Assembly (NCBI GenBank): GCA_964016885.1
Contig: OZ024742.1
Location: 318,990,001 to 319,054,000 of the forward strand
Source: Eledone cirrhosa
Lineage: Eukaryota
Length of the DNA: 64,000 nt
Reading direction: 5' to 3'
A model generated the notes under the pieces. The model saw only the letters and a program-made list of their open reading frames with translations. It ran no database searches and was not told the DNA's origin. Shown here piece after piece: positions 24,301-35,880 of this stretch. The translations under genes were made by a program, and so were the position numbers. Each line of letters opens with the position of its first letter. Positions within the stretch are counted from its first letter, which is position 1.

Positions 24301-27300
24301 GCCACAAAAACTGACCTAAGCACTAGCCCTTAACCCTTAGCATGTTCAAACTGGCCATAACCTGAAACTCATACTGATGTTAAGGTATTGTTCTCAAAAT
24401 AAATAATATCAAAATCTCATAGATTTAATATTATGTGAGATAAAGCCTTTACTGTGAAAATAAAATAGTATATATAGAGTAATGTAAGTGCTAAAGAGTT
24501 AAACACTCTTTGGGATACATTTGGATTATTTTATTTACTATCCTTAGAAGCGCTTGAAAAATATGGATTGCTTATAGTATTAAGATTGTGAATAATTTTT
24601 CACTTTTTCTTTTGTAAATATATTTTCAGGTTCTCGATCAGTGTAATATGTGGTTATCTCGTAATCAACGGGTAAACTTTACCCTCTACTATGAAACCCT
24701 CTGTCCTGACTGCCAACATTTCATCATTAAACAACTGTTTCCTACTTTTTTAAAACTTAAATCAATTATGAATCTTGCGATGGTTCCATATGGAAATGCC
24801 TATGTAAGTAAGATGGTATCTTGGCAGATAATTCTCATTGTTTTACAGTTTTACTTTATTGAATACTTAGCATCATCATGATCATCATTTTGCATCTGTT
24901 TACCATGCTACCAGATATAGGAATCTCATTCCATGTATTGGCTGCAGCTATCTCCAACCTATCTTTTAACCCTTTAGCATTTAAACTGGCCGTATCCAGC
25001 CAGAATTCTCTCACCTCTTTCTGTTTGAACTGGCTGCTCATACTTATGTTAAGTTGTTGTTCACAAAATAAATAATATCAAAATCTCGTAAATTCGATAT
25101 TATGTGAGATAAAGTGTTTACCATGAAATTACAATAGTAAATATAGTGTGATGCAAGTGCTAAAGGGTTAGACAAAAAAAGAAAGCCCCTGAAAATCTGA
25201 AAATATACAAGTCACTTTTCTCCTTTCTCACACATGTGTGATGGTTTCAGGTAAAGATGTACTTGTTTGGTTTACATAGTGTTGCCAAACAATTTTTTTT
25301 TTGTTTTCAGTTAAAGGATCCAGTCCATATCTACTGTCCATCTGGTGCAGGTAGTGTTATGTAAACTAAATTTGCACTTCTGTTGTTGATATTAAAATTT
25401 TCAAAAATATTTTCATTTGGCAAAATGCGTGCGTGGTTATGGTTATGATTAAGTCAGATGTTTGTAACCTAAGGGCTGTCTGTTATAAGTATGATGTCAG
25501 TTGTAATATAATTGATAAGTTTCTCATAACTGAGAATGTAATGGGGTTTTAATTCTTGGAGCAATTTTACTGTACACAAGTCCCTAATGTCTTTGTGAAA
25601 AGCATGAACATCACAACTTCTAATTTCTTATCCTCTCAAATAGTGGAAAATTCCGAATTAAAATTTTACCAGGATTTAACTTTGTATAATTTGATAAAAT
25701 AAGTACCAGTGATATATTGGTGTCATTTCAATTAACTGTTCCTTTAGTTTTGAGCTTAATGCATTTGATACCAACCCTGCCAAAACCAGCTCTGGTCCTA
25801 TGAAACAAAACCACCCATTATAAAGTGTTTCTATATAAGTTAAAATATTCTAAAATAATTTTATATTAAGTTAATGTCTTAGTAATGGAATTGTTAATAA
25901 TTAATTGAAATAGAAAATAGTTCCTGAGAAATACAGTCAAGTAAGAAACGAACTGAATAAATTAATATGATAATTAAAGAAATATTTTAAAAATTATGAA
26001 ATATTGATTCCTTATACAGGTAAAATTCCATTATAACAAATACCATTATAATGAATTTTTTGTTACAACAAATTTTTTTTATAGCCTGTGAATTTCGTTA
26101 CGACGGAATTTCACTGTATAAGCAGCTTCATTCTTTCAAGGTTGATATATGAAGTAGTAGTAGACTACTGAGGTTGGCTCCCCCCACCCATTCTCTCTAT
26201 CACTTTACCACTTTTTTTCTCTGTAAGAAATTAGCTGTGTTCTAACTAGGAGAGGGATGGGCTTCATCAGGTTTTAAATTCCCAAGACAACACATGTTTA
26301 AAATGTTGACACCTCTTCAACACGATTAAGAGTTAACCCTTTAGCATTTACTATTATATTTTCACAATAAAGGCTTTATCTCACATAATATCAAATCTGT
26401 GATATTTTGATGATGTTTTTATTTATTTTGAGAATAACACCTTAACATTAGTATGAGTGGCAGGTTACAGCCGGTTTGAACAGAAAGAGTTGAGATAATT
26501 CTGGCTGGTTTAAATGCTCATGGGTTAATCTCTGGACCTATCTCCAGTGTATTACTAATATTTGTTTTATCAATTATGTGGGGAGGAATATGAGGAAAGG
26601 TCCACCCTAAACTCAGATTATAGGGAACAGGGGATACCGAGGAATGAGACCAAATATGAATAATTTAATCTGGCACATCATTGTTTTGGTCATCTTCTCT
26701 GATTTAAAAATATATAAATAAATTAAATTAAATATAAATAAACGAATAAAATATAAATAAATCTGATAAATAAGAAAAGGACATAAAATATATATTGATT
26801 TTAAAAGATGAGATTTTTAATTTAATAATTTTCATCAGCAATACACCAATATCTTTTTGTTGATAACTTCATTTTTAAATAAAGAACAAACCCCTAAAGT
26901 AACTGTGTATACGAAGGGGCTTCAAAAAGTCTGTGGAAAAAGTACATAGCTAAAAATCATATGCAGGGATTTTGATCTCAATGCACCTGTACATTCTTGT
27001 ACTAACATGTCAACATGTTCTAACATGAACCCTTAAATGCATGTTGCAACATGGCAACACCAGTCAGGAATCAGCACCCGCTCAAACAACATGGCCTCCA
27101 CCAAAACATCAAATTCATGGTGAAGCTAGGGTGGAAGAGCAGCTAAATCATTGATGCTCTGGAGCAAGTTAATGGGGACAATGCCCCAAAGAAATCAACA
27201 ACCTACAAATGGATAAGTCATTTTAGAAGTGGAAGAGATGAGGTTGAAGACAATCCCCAGTTGAAGATGTAAAAAGGCTGTTTTGACATGGTTTAAATCG

Positions 27301-30300
27301 CTTGGCCTTCAGATTTAGACAGATGGACTTAAAAGCTGGTGTCAATAAGCTAGATGGACAATATGTTTAAAAATAAACATTATAACTTAAACCGTTTTTT
27401 CCAACTGCCCTTTTCCCACAAACTTTTTGAAGCACCCTTGTACTCTGGCATTATGTTTTCCAGTTATAATATTATAAATTCTATCACATATCACTAATCT
27501 GGTAAATTTGTTTTTGTTTTTGTTTTCTTTTTTAGGAAGTAAAAGATGCCAAGGGCTGGAAATTCCATTGTCAACATGGTACTAAAGAATGCAAATTGAA
27601 CACTTTAGAGGTTAGTCACATCAAATTTTTGGAAGATATCACTTGAACTTAAGTTTACTATTCTTTTGAATGATGTCTGTATATGATTTGTTCTAACCAA
27701 AAAAAGAAATTCAATTTCAATTTATTTTTTCCACATGGAATTTACACCTGCAATGTTGTGACGTCACCTTAAGAATAAGCACAACTATGCCTCCCCTGGT
27801 CTTGATGGTGTTACATACCTGCTTCTCAAACGTGGCGGGTACTTCCTTTTGCACCAGCTTTCTTTCTTCTTTCAATACTGTCTCAACAATGGTGCTACTC
27901 CGGAGCAGTGGAAAACTGCCAGTGTCATTCTCCTGTTCAAAAAGGGTGACCGCATGTCACCTGTCAACTATCGTCCAGTCAGTCTTACTAGCTGTATTGC
28001 CAAACTGATGGAATCCTGTGTCAGAGAAACACTTTGGAACTTCTGGAGCTCTCACAGCCTCATCCGGCCCTCGCAGTTTGGATTTATCCCTAACTCCAGC
28101 TGCTGTGATCAGCTTATCGAGTTCCTTGAAGACATTACCCGGATCACTGACAGCGGCTCATGGGTGGATGTTGTTTACCTTGACTTCGCTAAGGCTTTTA
28201 ATTCTGTGCCACACAAAAGGCTTATGGCAAAACTCTCTGCAATGGGTGTGAGGGATGATCTTTTTAACTGGTTGAAATCCTTCATTTTCAGCCGAAAAGA
28301 GGTAGTCACGGTTCTAGGACAGCATTCTTCACCATATGAGATGTCATCTGGTGTACCACAGGGATCTGTTCTTGGTCCCCTTTTGTTTGTGGCATATATT
28401 AATGACATAGATGCCAACTTAAAGAATGCCACAGTACTGAAATATGCAAATGACATCAAGCTGTACCTTGAAATCAAAAGGACTGATCCTGAAATCTACA
28501 ACTGTTTCCTACAATCAGACCTGGACACAATGCAGCAATGAATCACAGACTGGCAACTGAAGCTGGCTGTGGACAAGTGTACCACCATGCATTTTGGGAG
28601 GAAAAATCAAGCGTCCACATACTCCCTCCACAACACTGATATCAAGAAGTCCTCTTGTGAATGTGACCTGGGCATTACTGTCAGCAGCGATTTGCATTGG
28701 ACAAAGCATGTCTCTAAGATTGTCAAGAAGGCCGAGGGTGTCTTGGCATCACTCAGCAAGACCTTTGTTAGCCGCTCTCCAGCCATCTATTTAAAACTGT
28801 ATACAGCTATGGTATGACCACACTTGGAATTCGCATCATCAGTCTGGAACCCCTATCTTGCTCAGAACATTGACCTCCTGGAAACTGTTCAGAGACGTGC
28901 AACCAAGCGCATACCCTCCATCAGACACCTACCATACTCTGAACGCCTTGCTTCCCTGGGCATGGATTCATTGAAGCTCCGACGTCTGGCAATGGACTTG
29001 GTAAACACCCACAAAGTTATTAACCATCTCGCCAACAACAACCCTGAGCACCTTTTTGATCTCCATGTGTCTAACACACGTGGACATGCCTACAAAATCA
29101 GAAAACAGCACAGCTCCCATGACTTTCGGAAACATTTTTTCACGCTCAGAGTTGCTGAAGCATAGAACAAACTGCCTGCGTCAGTTGTTAGCTGCCAAGA
29201 CACTGCATCCTTTAAAACCCTCATGCTTCCTGAAATTCGCCAAAACTACACCTGATGTACCCCTTCCATACACATGCACACATGTGTATATCATGACTCA
29301 TGCACTGTTCATTTTCCTGACGTTTTTACATTACCCTATGTACTATACATACACTTTTTGATGAGTTGTAGTGCACCTGAGCACTGTACATAATATTTCA
29401 TTATTATTATTATTTAATTACACATTAATTTATTGTGTAGGCCATTATTTTACAAAACAACTGAAACATCATTGTATCATCATCACTGTTTAACATCCAT
29501 TTTTCTGCACTTATTAATGAAGGACTATTTATTTTACTTATGCTGAGTATATATTAATGAATTCCTGACTCCCATCTACCTACAAATAAAACAAAGTAGA
29601 ATCCGGTTTTGATTTTCTTTGAAGGAATTTTACTTCTGTCTTGCAGCTAACATCACAATATTTCTGTTTTCTTATAATACCTCATCTTTTTTCTAGGATT
29701 CTGTAACATTTTGAAACAAATCAATATTTTAAATTCCTGTTTTTGTTTGTAGGTTTGTGCAATGTATATTTTAGAAGACCCAAACATTTATGAAAAGTTT
29801 ATTTATGATTTGGAAAAATGTATATTTGAAATTGAAAATGTAGTAAAATGCAGACAAAAGGTAAGTATCTATAGTTTCCAAAAGTGTTAATTATGAGTAA
29901 TAATTCAGCTGCTCTGTTTTGCCTCCTACCAAATCACATTATATGGCATTTTCTTGTATTGGGGCAAGACCGCAAAAGCATTCCTGCAGACAATGGCCAA
30001 TGACACATGCTGCAACAGCTACCCCATTTTGTGGGGCTTCCTCCTCAAACGGGCTGCTGATGTTCCAATCTTTCGGAGGAGCTCAGCAGTAGGAAGTCCA
30101 AGTATGCCTACAAACATAGTTGAACAGATTATAAGCTTAAGAACAAGCTTAAAAGTTAATGTTAAAGTGTAGTATTTATGAGGGAGATTAGTCATATAAC
30201 ATTGCTATGTTTTATATTGCTTTATGCTTATAGATAAATTAAATACATTGTTGATACCTTATGACATCTTTCAGGTATTGAATGGTGTAAAAAATCAGAA

Positions 30301-32829
30301 TCGTATTGAAGCATGTGCTAATGGAACATTTGGAATGGCTTTAGAACACCAAATGGCATTGAAAACTAAAGCTTTGCCACAACAACATCAGTATGTTCCT
30401 TGGGTCACACTTAATGGTGTCCATTCAGAAGAAATACAAAGAAGAGCAGAAAATAATTTGACAGATTTGATCTGTGAAACATACCAAGTTAGTATTTAAA
30501 ATTATATTTGTTTATTTCCCCTTTTTTTATTTCATTTATTTATGTCAAATTTTATCACCTTTGTACTCTCCACTTTTACAGTGATTACAGTTTTCAAAAA
30601 TTATTTGTCTCTTCATGGGTGTTTGTGGCTGATGTTGCTTTTGTTTAGCTTAGCAATAAACTATCCCTAATTGAGCAGACCTTTGATCAAAGATTCTTTT
30701 TCAAGCATAGTTGCCATTAATTGAATCAGTGAGAAATCTTCCTCTCCCCACTCCCTGCTCCTCTGAATTTGCAATTTACTAGGGCCAACCCTGATTTAGA
30801 AGATATATCAGTGGTTCCCAATCTTTTGTGCACCATGCCCCACCTCAACATCTAAAAAATAGTTGTGCCCCACTTTGATATGAAAACAGCAATAATCAAC
30901 TAGAAAGTGTAAACAAATTGTATATAGGTGGTGCCAGGTGCACAATAACACGTGCAGAGGAAGTGAGACAGGAGTTTCCGCCAGTAATGTGTACTAAAAT
31001 TGCCTTTGTGTAAAAGTAATAAGGTAAAATCCAAAGTTTGTTCTCATCAACATCATTTTCAAATTGCCCCCATCCCCACCCCTCTCATGTGAGGCATGCG
31101 CCCCAGGATGGGAATCACTGAGATATATGGTCAAAAATTTTCCAATCATCATCCCCCAGTTTTTTAATACTACATTATCTGTGTCCTTCCATTTATAAAA
31201 CAGTAGTGCAGGATTTGACTGCTTTTTCTAGTAGGTTGATTGTTTATATAGAGATTGTTTTATTGGCTGAATGTTGTTGAAATGGTAGTTAGCGATAGTG
31301 CTGTTGTTAATAAAATTTTGATGTTTGTTCTCATGTTAACACGATGTAGACAACATTAAAGATTTAGCAATGCATATATTTTTGTAAAAGTTTCCTCATC
31401 GATAAATATGTTTCTTCTTTATTAAAATAAATGCATTTAAGAAACATAATGTTTGTTTGATTATGGAGCCGACTGCCTGAAGCCACCCTGGATTCGTGCT
31501 TAAAAGAGTTGTTCCATTTTAAAATCTTTATACTTATTTTAACCGGCTCAGGTTTATGAAATAAATCCACCCATTTTAAAGGTTTCCTGTTTAAATTAAA
31601 ATCTTCCAACATCATCTTATATAAGAACTTTACATTAAGTTACTATCTTAGTAATGAAATAATTAACAGTTTTAATAAATCCTTCAAAATTCTTCATTAA
31701 CTAATTAAAATAAAGTTTATTTAATTAGAAATGCAGTAATGAAAGGATTAAATCTTTTCATCATAACTTTATTTAAGAAATTTTGTTTAAATAATGTTCT
31801 AAATATCAGCTTAATTAATTGAAACATATAGACTGTATTTCATTAGAAATATGGCAAAGAAATGGTTAATTCAAACCTTGCTATAATCAGGCCAGGCACA
31901 TGATTTCCAGCTGAATCATTAGTTGGAGGTTATGTCAGGCATCCAACTATCTATCTGAAAATACATTTGCTCCTGCATGAGTTAAGAAGAAAGTGTCTAC
32001 ATAATTACTTGATCTGCTCACATTAGCTGCTAAATTTCCTTTAATATATTTTCAACATCTTCAGATTGGGAAGACATACAAGATATGGTATATCAAAGGA
32101 TATGTTTACATTAGAGACGAGATGGCTAAGATGGCTATGGCTCAAAAACTGATTGAACTATGAAATTTAGTGTAAATAAACATGCCTTCTATTTTTGTAA
32201 AAGCCCTCCCACATTGAAAAATAGATGAAAAGAATATATATAGATTAGTAATGTTGTTTTGTCCAAAACTGGATCTTAAGATAGTTTTTAGTGAAATTTC
32301 GGGCATTAGCATTTATCAGTTCTTTCTAGACCAATATTTCAAGTAAAGCTTGTAGATCAAACAAAAACAAAAGGATCTTTTTTTTTTTGTAAATGAGTTG
32401 GGAGTTCCACAAAGAAAACATTTCAAATGAAAGGTGTAAACTATTTCACTCAAGAAAGATAAAGCAGTTAAAAGTTTAACCCTTTAGCATTTACATTACT
32501 CTATATTTACTATTATATTTTCACGGGAAAGGCTTTACCTTACATAATTATCTCACATAATATCAAAATATGAGATTTTGATATAATTTATTTTGAAAAC
32601 AATATCTAAACATCAGTATGAGCAGCCGGTTACAGCTGGTTTCAAACAGAAAGAAGTGAGAGAATTCTGGCTGGATACAGCCAGTTTAAATGCTAAAGGT
32701 TTAAATAGTAAATATTTCTCAATAAAATATACAATGCTTTTGATTGCTTCATTATATTTTCATGACACTTTATTTTCATTTCAGAACAAGAATAAAGTAA
32801 AGTACTGCCCAGGTAGAGTTACCAACTAG
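20764..32829 (+). CDS. IFI30: Gamma-interferon-inducible lysosomal thiol reductase (GILT) gene, 6 coding exons, 251 aa: join(20764..20904,24630..24803,27536..27610,29753..29860,30275..30487,32785..32829)
   Basis: Hand-spliced ORF with GT-AG introns, all phase 0 (47+58+25+36+71+14 aa). Contains YYETLCPDC (CxxC active site), VPYGNA, CQHGTKECKLNTLEVC (GILT signature CQHGx2ECx2Nx4C), HQYVPWVTLNG and LICETY. Hydrophobic N-terminus; sequons NFT, NGT, NLT. The last exon is the least certain. Confidence 0.93.
21973..22037 (+). pseudogene. Degenerate duplicate of GILT exon 3 in intron 1
   Basis: Starts GAA after ttttatactg (acceptor lost); ends TGT GAA GAA ACC AAG CTG GAG|GTTAGT (CEETKLE; real exon ends CKLNTLE|GTTAGT). 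Confidence 0.45.
22425..22625 (+). mobile_element. CRE-like RLE fragment in GILT intron 1
   Basis: KYRLLSDMFVVKPVAVETSGVL...EWMFQRISL; close to the element at 15163-15905. Confidence 0.75.
24013..24197 (-). mobile_element. Full-length tRNA-derived SINE with 18-bp TSD
   Basis: A-box TGGCAGTATCGG and B-box GAGTTCAAATC on the minus strand; TSD TTGCTTACATGCAATAAT at 23995-24012 and 24198-24215. Confidence 0.9.
24630..24803 (+). CDS. IFI30: GILT exon 2 (active site CPDC)
   Basis: Acceptor ttttcag|GTT; VLDQCNMWLSRNQRVNFTLYYETLCPDCQHFIIKQLFPTFLKLKSIMNLAMVPYGNAY; donor TAT|GTAAGT. Confidence 0.95.
24966..25170. mobile_element. piggyBac-like MITE family (other copies about 24330-24502, 26333-26528, 32476-32704, 43934-44138, 50243-50448)
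   Basis: TTAA-CCCTTTAGCA...TGCTAAAGGG-TTAA termini and a shared ~200-bp interior. Confidence 0.7.
26017..26117. mobile_element. pogo/Tigger-like MITE
   Basis: TA-CAG.TAAAATTCCATTATAAC...GTTACGACGGAATTTCACTG-TA imperfect TIRs. Confidence 0.5.
26912..27440 (+). mobile_element. Internally deleted mariner element
   Basis: TIRs CGAAGGGGCTTCAAAAAGT / ACTTTTTGAAGCACCCTTG flanked by TA; residual HTH IKFMVKLGWK...IIDALEQVNGDNAPKKSTTYKWISHFRSGR. Confidence 0.85.
27536..27610 (+). CDS. IFI30: GILT exon 3 (signature motif; too short for the ORF track)
   Basis: Long T tract plus tag|GAA; EVKDAKGWKFHCQHGTKECKLNTLE; donor GAG|GTTAGT. Confidence 0.95.
27749..29413 (+). mobile_element. CR1-clade LINE in GILT intron 3, 5'-truncated, inactive; same family as 9506-10586
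   Basis: NYRPVSLTS, QFGF, YLDFAKAF, GVPQGSVLGP, YAND (YADD mutated); stops at 28539, 28815 and 29163; (TTA)n tail. Confidence 0.92.
29753..29860 (+). CDS. IFI30: GILT exon 4
   Basis: tttgtag|GTT; VCAMYILEDPNIYEKFIYDLEKCIFEIENVVKCRQK; donor AAG|GTAAGT; supplies the last Cys of the signature. Confidence 0.88.
30275..30487 (+). CDS. IFI30: GILT exon 5
   Basis: ctttcag|GTA; VLNGVKNQNRIEACANGTFGMALEHQMALKTKALPQQHQYVPWVTLNGVHSEEIQRRAENNLTDLICETYQ; donor CAA|GTTAGT. Confidence 0.93.
30809..31120. mobile_element. hAT MITE
   Basis: CAGTGGTTCCCA...TGGGAATCACTG TIRs; perfect 8-bp TSD AGATATAT (30801-30808, 31121-31128). Confidence 0.88.
32785..32829 (+). CDS. IFI30: GILT terminal exon 6 (NKNKVKYCPGRVTN*)
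   Basis: ttttcatttcag acceptor in phase 0; supplies the terminal Cys expected after LICxxY; AATAAA at 32871. Confidence 0.65.
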   Translation, partial: NKNKVKYCPGRVTN

Positions 32830-32889
32830 AAGGAAAAATTAAAAAAACAATTAATTAATTAGTTAAAAATAATAAACAATACTGATATC

Positions 32890-33074
32890 CAGTGCCGGTT
32901 TTAGGAAAAAACAAGGCCCTGTGCTAGTTAAGTTATGAGGCCCCTTACTTGGGCTCTGAAGGAGATAGGCCTGGTAGGCCTACACAGGCAATCATCAGGA
33001 AGATGCCCCTCCCCCCTTGGCCAACGGGGCCCTGTGCTTAAACACACCTAAGCACAATGGTAAATCTGGCACTG
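32890..33074. mobile_element. hAT-like MITE just downstream of the GILT stop
   Basis: CAGTGCCGGTTTTA...TAAATCTGGCACTG TIRs and internal GGCCC motifs; TSD not clean. Confidence 0.55.
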
Positions 33075-33617
33075 AATATCACTCAATATATTTTTTTTCT
33101 TTTGTAAACCAAATTTAGCTTTAAGAAAATATGTTCAACCTATATTATCATCATTCAAACAATGAAGTGGAGAAAAAAAAACTTGTTGAAGAGAAAAATT
33201 ATATAATAAATATTTGGTGACAAAGTATTTCACTTTACACTATTAAGGAAAATAAACATATCATCCAAAATATCAAAGTATTATTCTTAATATATGAAAG
33301 ATTGGTAGATGGCAGAGTGTTAAATAAACTGCCATGTGGTATTAAGGTACATTTCTTTACATTCTGAGTTCAAATCATCCCCCTATGGTTGACGTTGTCT
33401 TTTATCCTTCTGAGGTTCATTAAATAATTATCAATGAAGTACAAGGATTGATCAACCCAACTATGCTCATTCCTAAAATCTGTGGCCTTATACTTGTCAG
33501 AAATAAGTATTATTATTTTAATAGGAAAGCAGTGGGTAGTAAAATCTGTGGAACACCAGAAAAAAGTTTGGAAAAGAGGAAACTATGTCATACAATATTA
33601 GTCTATACCAGAGTTTT

Positions 33618-33780
33618 AATAATAATGAAAATTATTGTGTACAGTGCTCAGGTGAACTACAACTCATCAAAGGTGCATGTATAGTACATAGAATAATGTA
33701 CAAATGTCAAGAAAGTAAACAGTGTATGAGTCATGATATACACACACGTGTATGTAGGGGGGGATATCACGCGTAGTTCA
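33618..33780 (-). mobile_element. CR1 3'-UTR stub (others about 21838-21868, 42040-42465, 45442-45770)
   Basis: TAATAATGAAAATTATTGTGTACAGTGCTCAGGTG..CTACAACTCATCAAAGGTG matches the 3' end of the CR1 copies. Confidence 0.8.
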
Positions 33781-34014
33781 TAATGTTTAATGCTTTAGTT
33801 AATCCAAGTTTTTTTTTTCATTTATTGTTTAATTACATAATATTTTTTGTTTATCCTTCTTCTTGAATGAAGGACCCCTTGTCACTATATTTATTCTCTC
33901 TATGTCATTTTCTTGATTGTCTTATTTCTTTCTGGTGGTTATTTTCATAGCAAAGGAAGATAACTCTAATAGTATTGCAGTTATTTTCTGTCGTGAGACA
34001 TAAAAAAAAAAGTC

Positions 34015-34296
34015 TAAAGTCTGTCTTAAGCCAGAAGGCTCATTTGGCCGGTGCTTATCCCGGTTTCATGGCGTGAAGCGACTGAGAGTACAAGACTCTC
34101 CCCCCTGGACAGGACGCCAGTCCATCGCAGGGTTAAACCTGGAGCTATTGCTGGTACTCATTTTCAGCTGAGTATACTGGAGCAACATGAAATGAAGTAT
34201 TTTGCTCAAGAACACAACACGCAGCCCAGGAATCGAACCCACGATATTATGATCGCAATTCCAACACTCTTACCACTAGGTCACGTGCCTCCACAT
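34015..34296 (-). mobile_element. Second tRNA-derived SINE family (3' part also at 1-37)
   Basis: Minus strand reads GTGACCTAGTGGT (A-box) ... GGTTCGATTCC (B-box) ... GTGTTCTTGAGCAA; TCATGGCGTGAAGCGACTG shared with the window start. Confidence 0.75.
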
Positions 34297-34339
34297 GAGA
34301 CATATATATATATATATACATGCAATGTTAAAATGACAA

Positions 34340-35090
34340 CAAGTGGAAAGTTGGTAGAGCTCCAAATAGAATGTGGCACAGAACTTAGTCAAGGTTTTTT
34401 AAGTTCTGAATTAAAATCCTGTTAACTCACTTCCGAGATTGATAAAATAAGTACCAGTCAAGTGCTGGGGTAAATATAATTGATTGTATCTCTCCCCCAA
34501 ATATGTGGCTCTGTGCTTATATTTGAAATCATTATTATTACTAAAGGTGATGCAATGGCAGTATCGGTACGCCATGCTTTGTGGTCTGAGTTCAAATCCC
34601 GCCGAGGTTAACTTCGCCTTTCATCCTTATGGGGTTGATAAAATAATGTACTGGGGTAATTGCTGGCCTTGTGCCAAAAGTAGAAATTATAGGGCGGTGC
34701 ATTGGCAGTATCGGTAGAGTGTCAGACACCATGCTTTGCAGCATAGAGTTATGACCCTTTACGTTCTGAGTTCAAATCCCGCCAAGGTTAACTTTGCCTT
34801 TCATCCTTACGGAGTCGATAAAATAAAGTACCAGTAATGTACTGGGTTAATTGCTGGTCTTGTCCCAAATGTAGATCAGTAGATTGGCTGAACCCTTAGA
34901 CCATGGGACATTTGGTCTGGCTCTTTACGTTTTGCATTCGATTCTCACGAAGGCAAAGCGTTAGCTTTGCCTTTCGTCCTTACGTGGTCGATAGAATAAA
35001 GTACCAGTAATGCACTGGGGTCGATTTAATCGACTTTCCCCTCCCACCAAAATTCTTAGCCTTGTGTCTATCGTAGAAATCATTATTATG
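34340..35090 (+). mobile_element. Head-to-tail array of about 4-5 SINE copies
   Basis: Repeated GATAAAATAA(AG)TAC...G and TGAGTTCAAATCCCGCC units, each starting in the preceding ATT tail. Confidence 0.8.
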
Positions 35091-35217
35091 GGTGGCAGTC
35101 GAACTTCTAAACAGGCATAGTGTTCAAAATTTATATTTACAGTGAGATTTGTTCATATCTCAAAGTTCACAAGGTGTATGTTTGTCACCAAGAAGAGCAC
35201 ATATAAACAGTAAATTA

Positions 35218-35722
35218 TCTATATATCTAAAACAGAGAATGTCTGTCTGTCTGACTCCCTAAAACTCGACATTATGACATCTTCACGCACCAAAGTATCA
35301 TCTTCCTGTTTTCCTTCAGTTGCAACGTTTTTCGAAATATTTACTTCTGCGTTCACAGATTGATTTTTTTAGTTTCAGAAGATCCCGTTAAGGGTGAAAG
35401 CAGCGATTCTTTGCTTAAACTTTAATCTGTTATTTTAATATATATATATATATATATATATAATTATATATTCGTGTACAGATATTTTTGCATACACAAT
35501 AACAAAATATAAACAAAAGTATTTATTTTGCGATAAAGTATTGATTTTCTTCGCACGGAAAAAAACCCTGGTAATTTACGACAAATTTTTTTTATAAGCA
35601 CAAAATGTAGACACCATCCCGAGGCCAAGGTATTCCGTATTTCTCTGTGTTGTTTCAGAAAGGAGGGATAAACATGCCAATCTATGTTTAGAATCCCGAG
35701 CAACGCCGGGCCATTCTGCTAG
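35218..35722 (+). mobile_element. Non-autonomous Helitron
   Basis: A|TC 5' end, (CTGT)n near the 5' end, 3' hairpin CCCGAGCAACGCCGGG, CTAG|T 3' end. Confidence 0.82.
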
Positions 35723-35880
35723 TGTATATATATATATATATATATATCCAAAATTAAATTAAGGTTGTCATGTCTGAGAGACATGCGCCATATTCACTGC
35801 AGAATAAGCTCAAAGATTCCAATGAATAGATCCGAGCATTTTATATCAACTAGAAATAGATTGCCGGGCCATTCTGCTAG

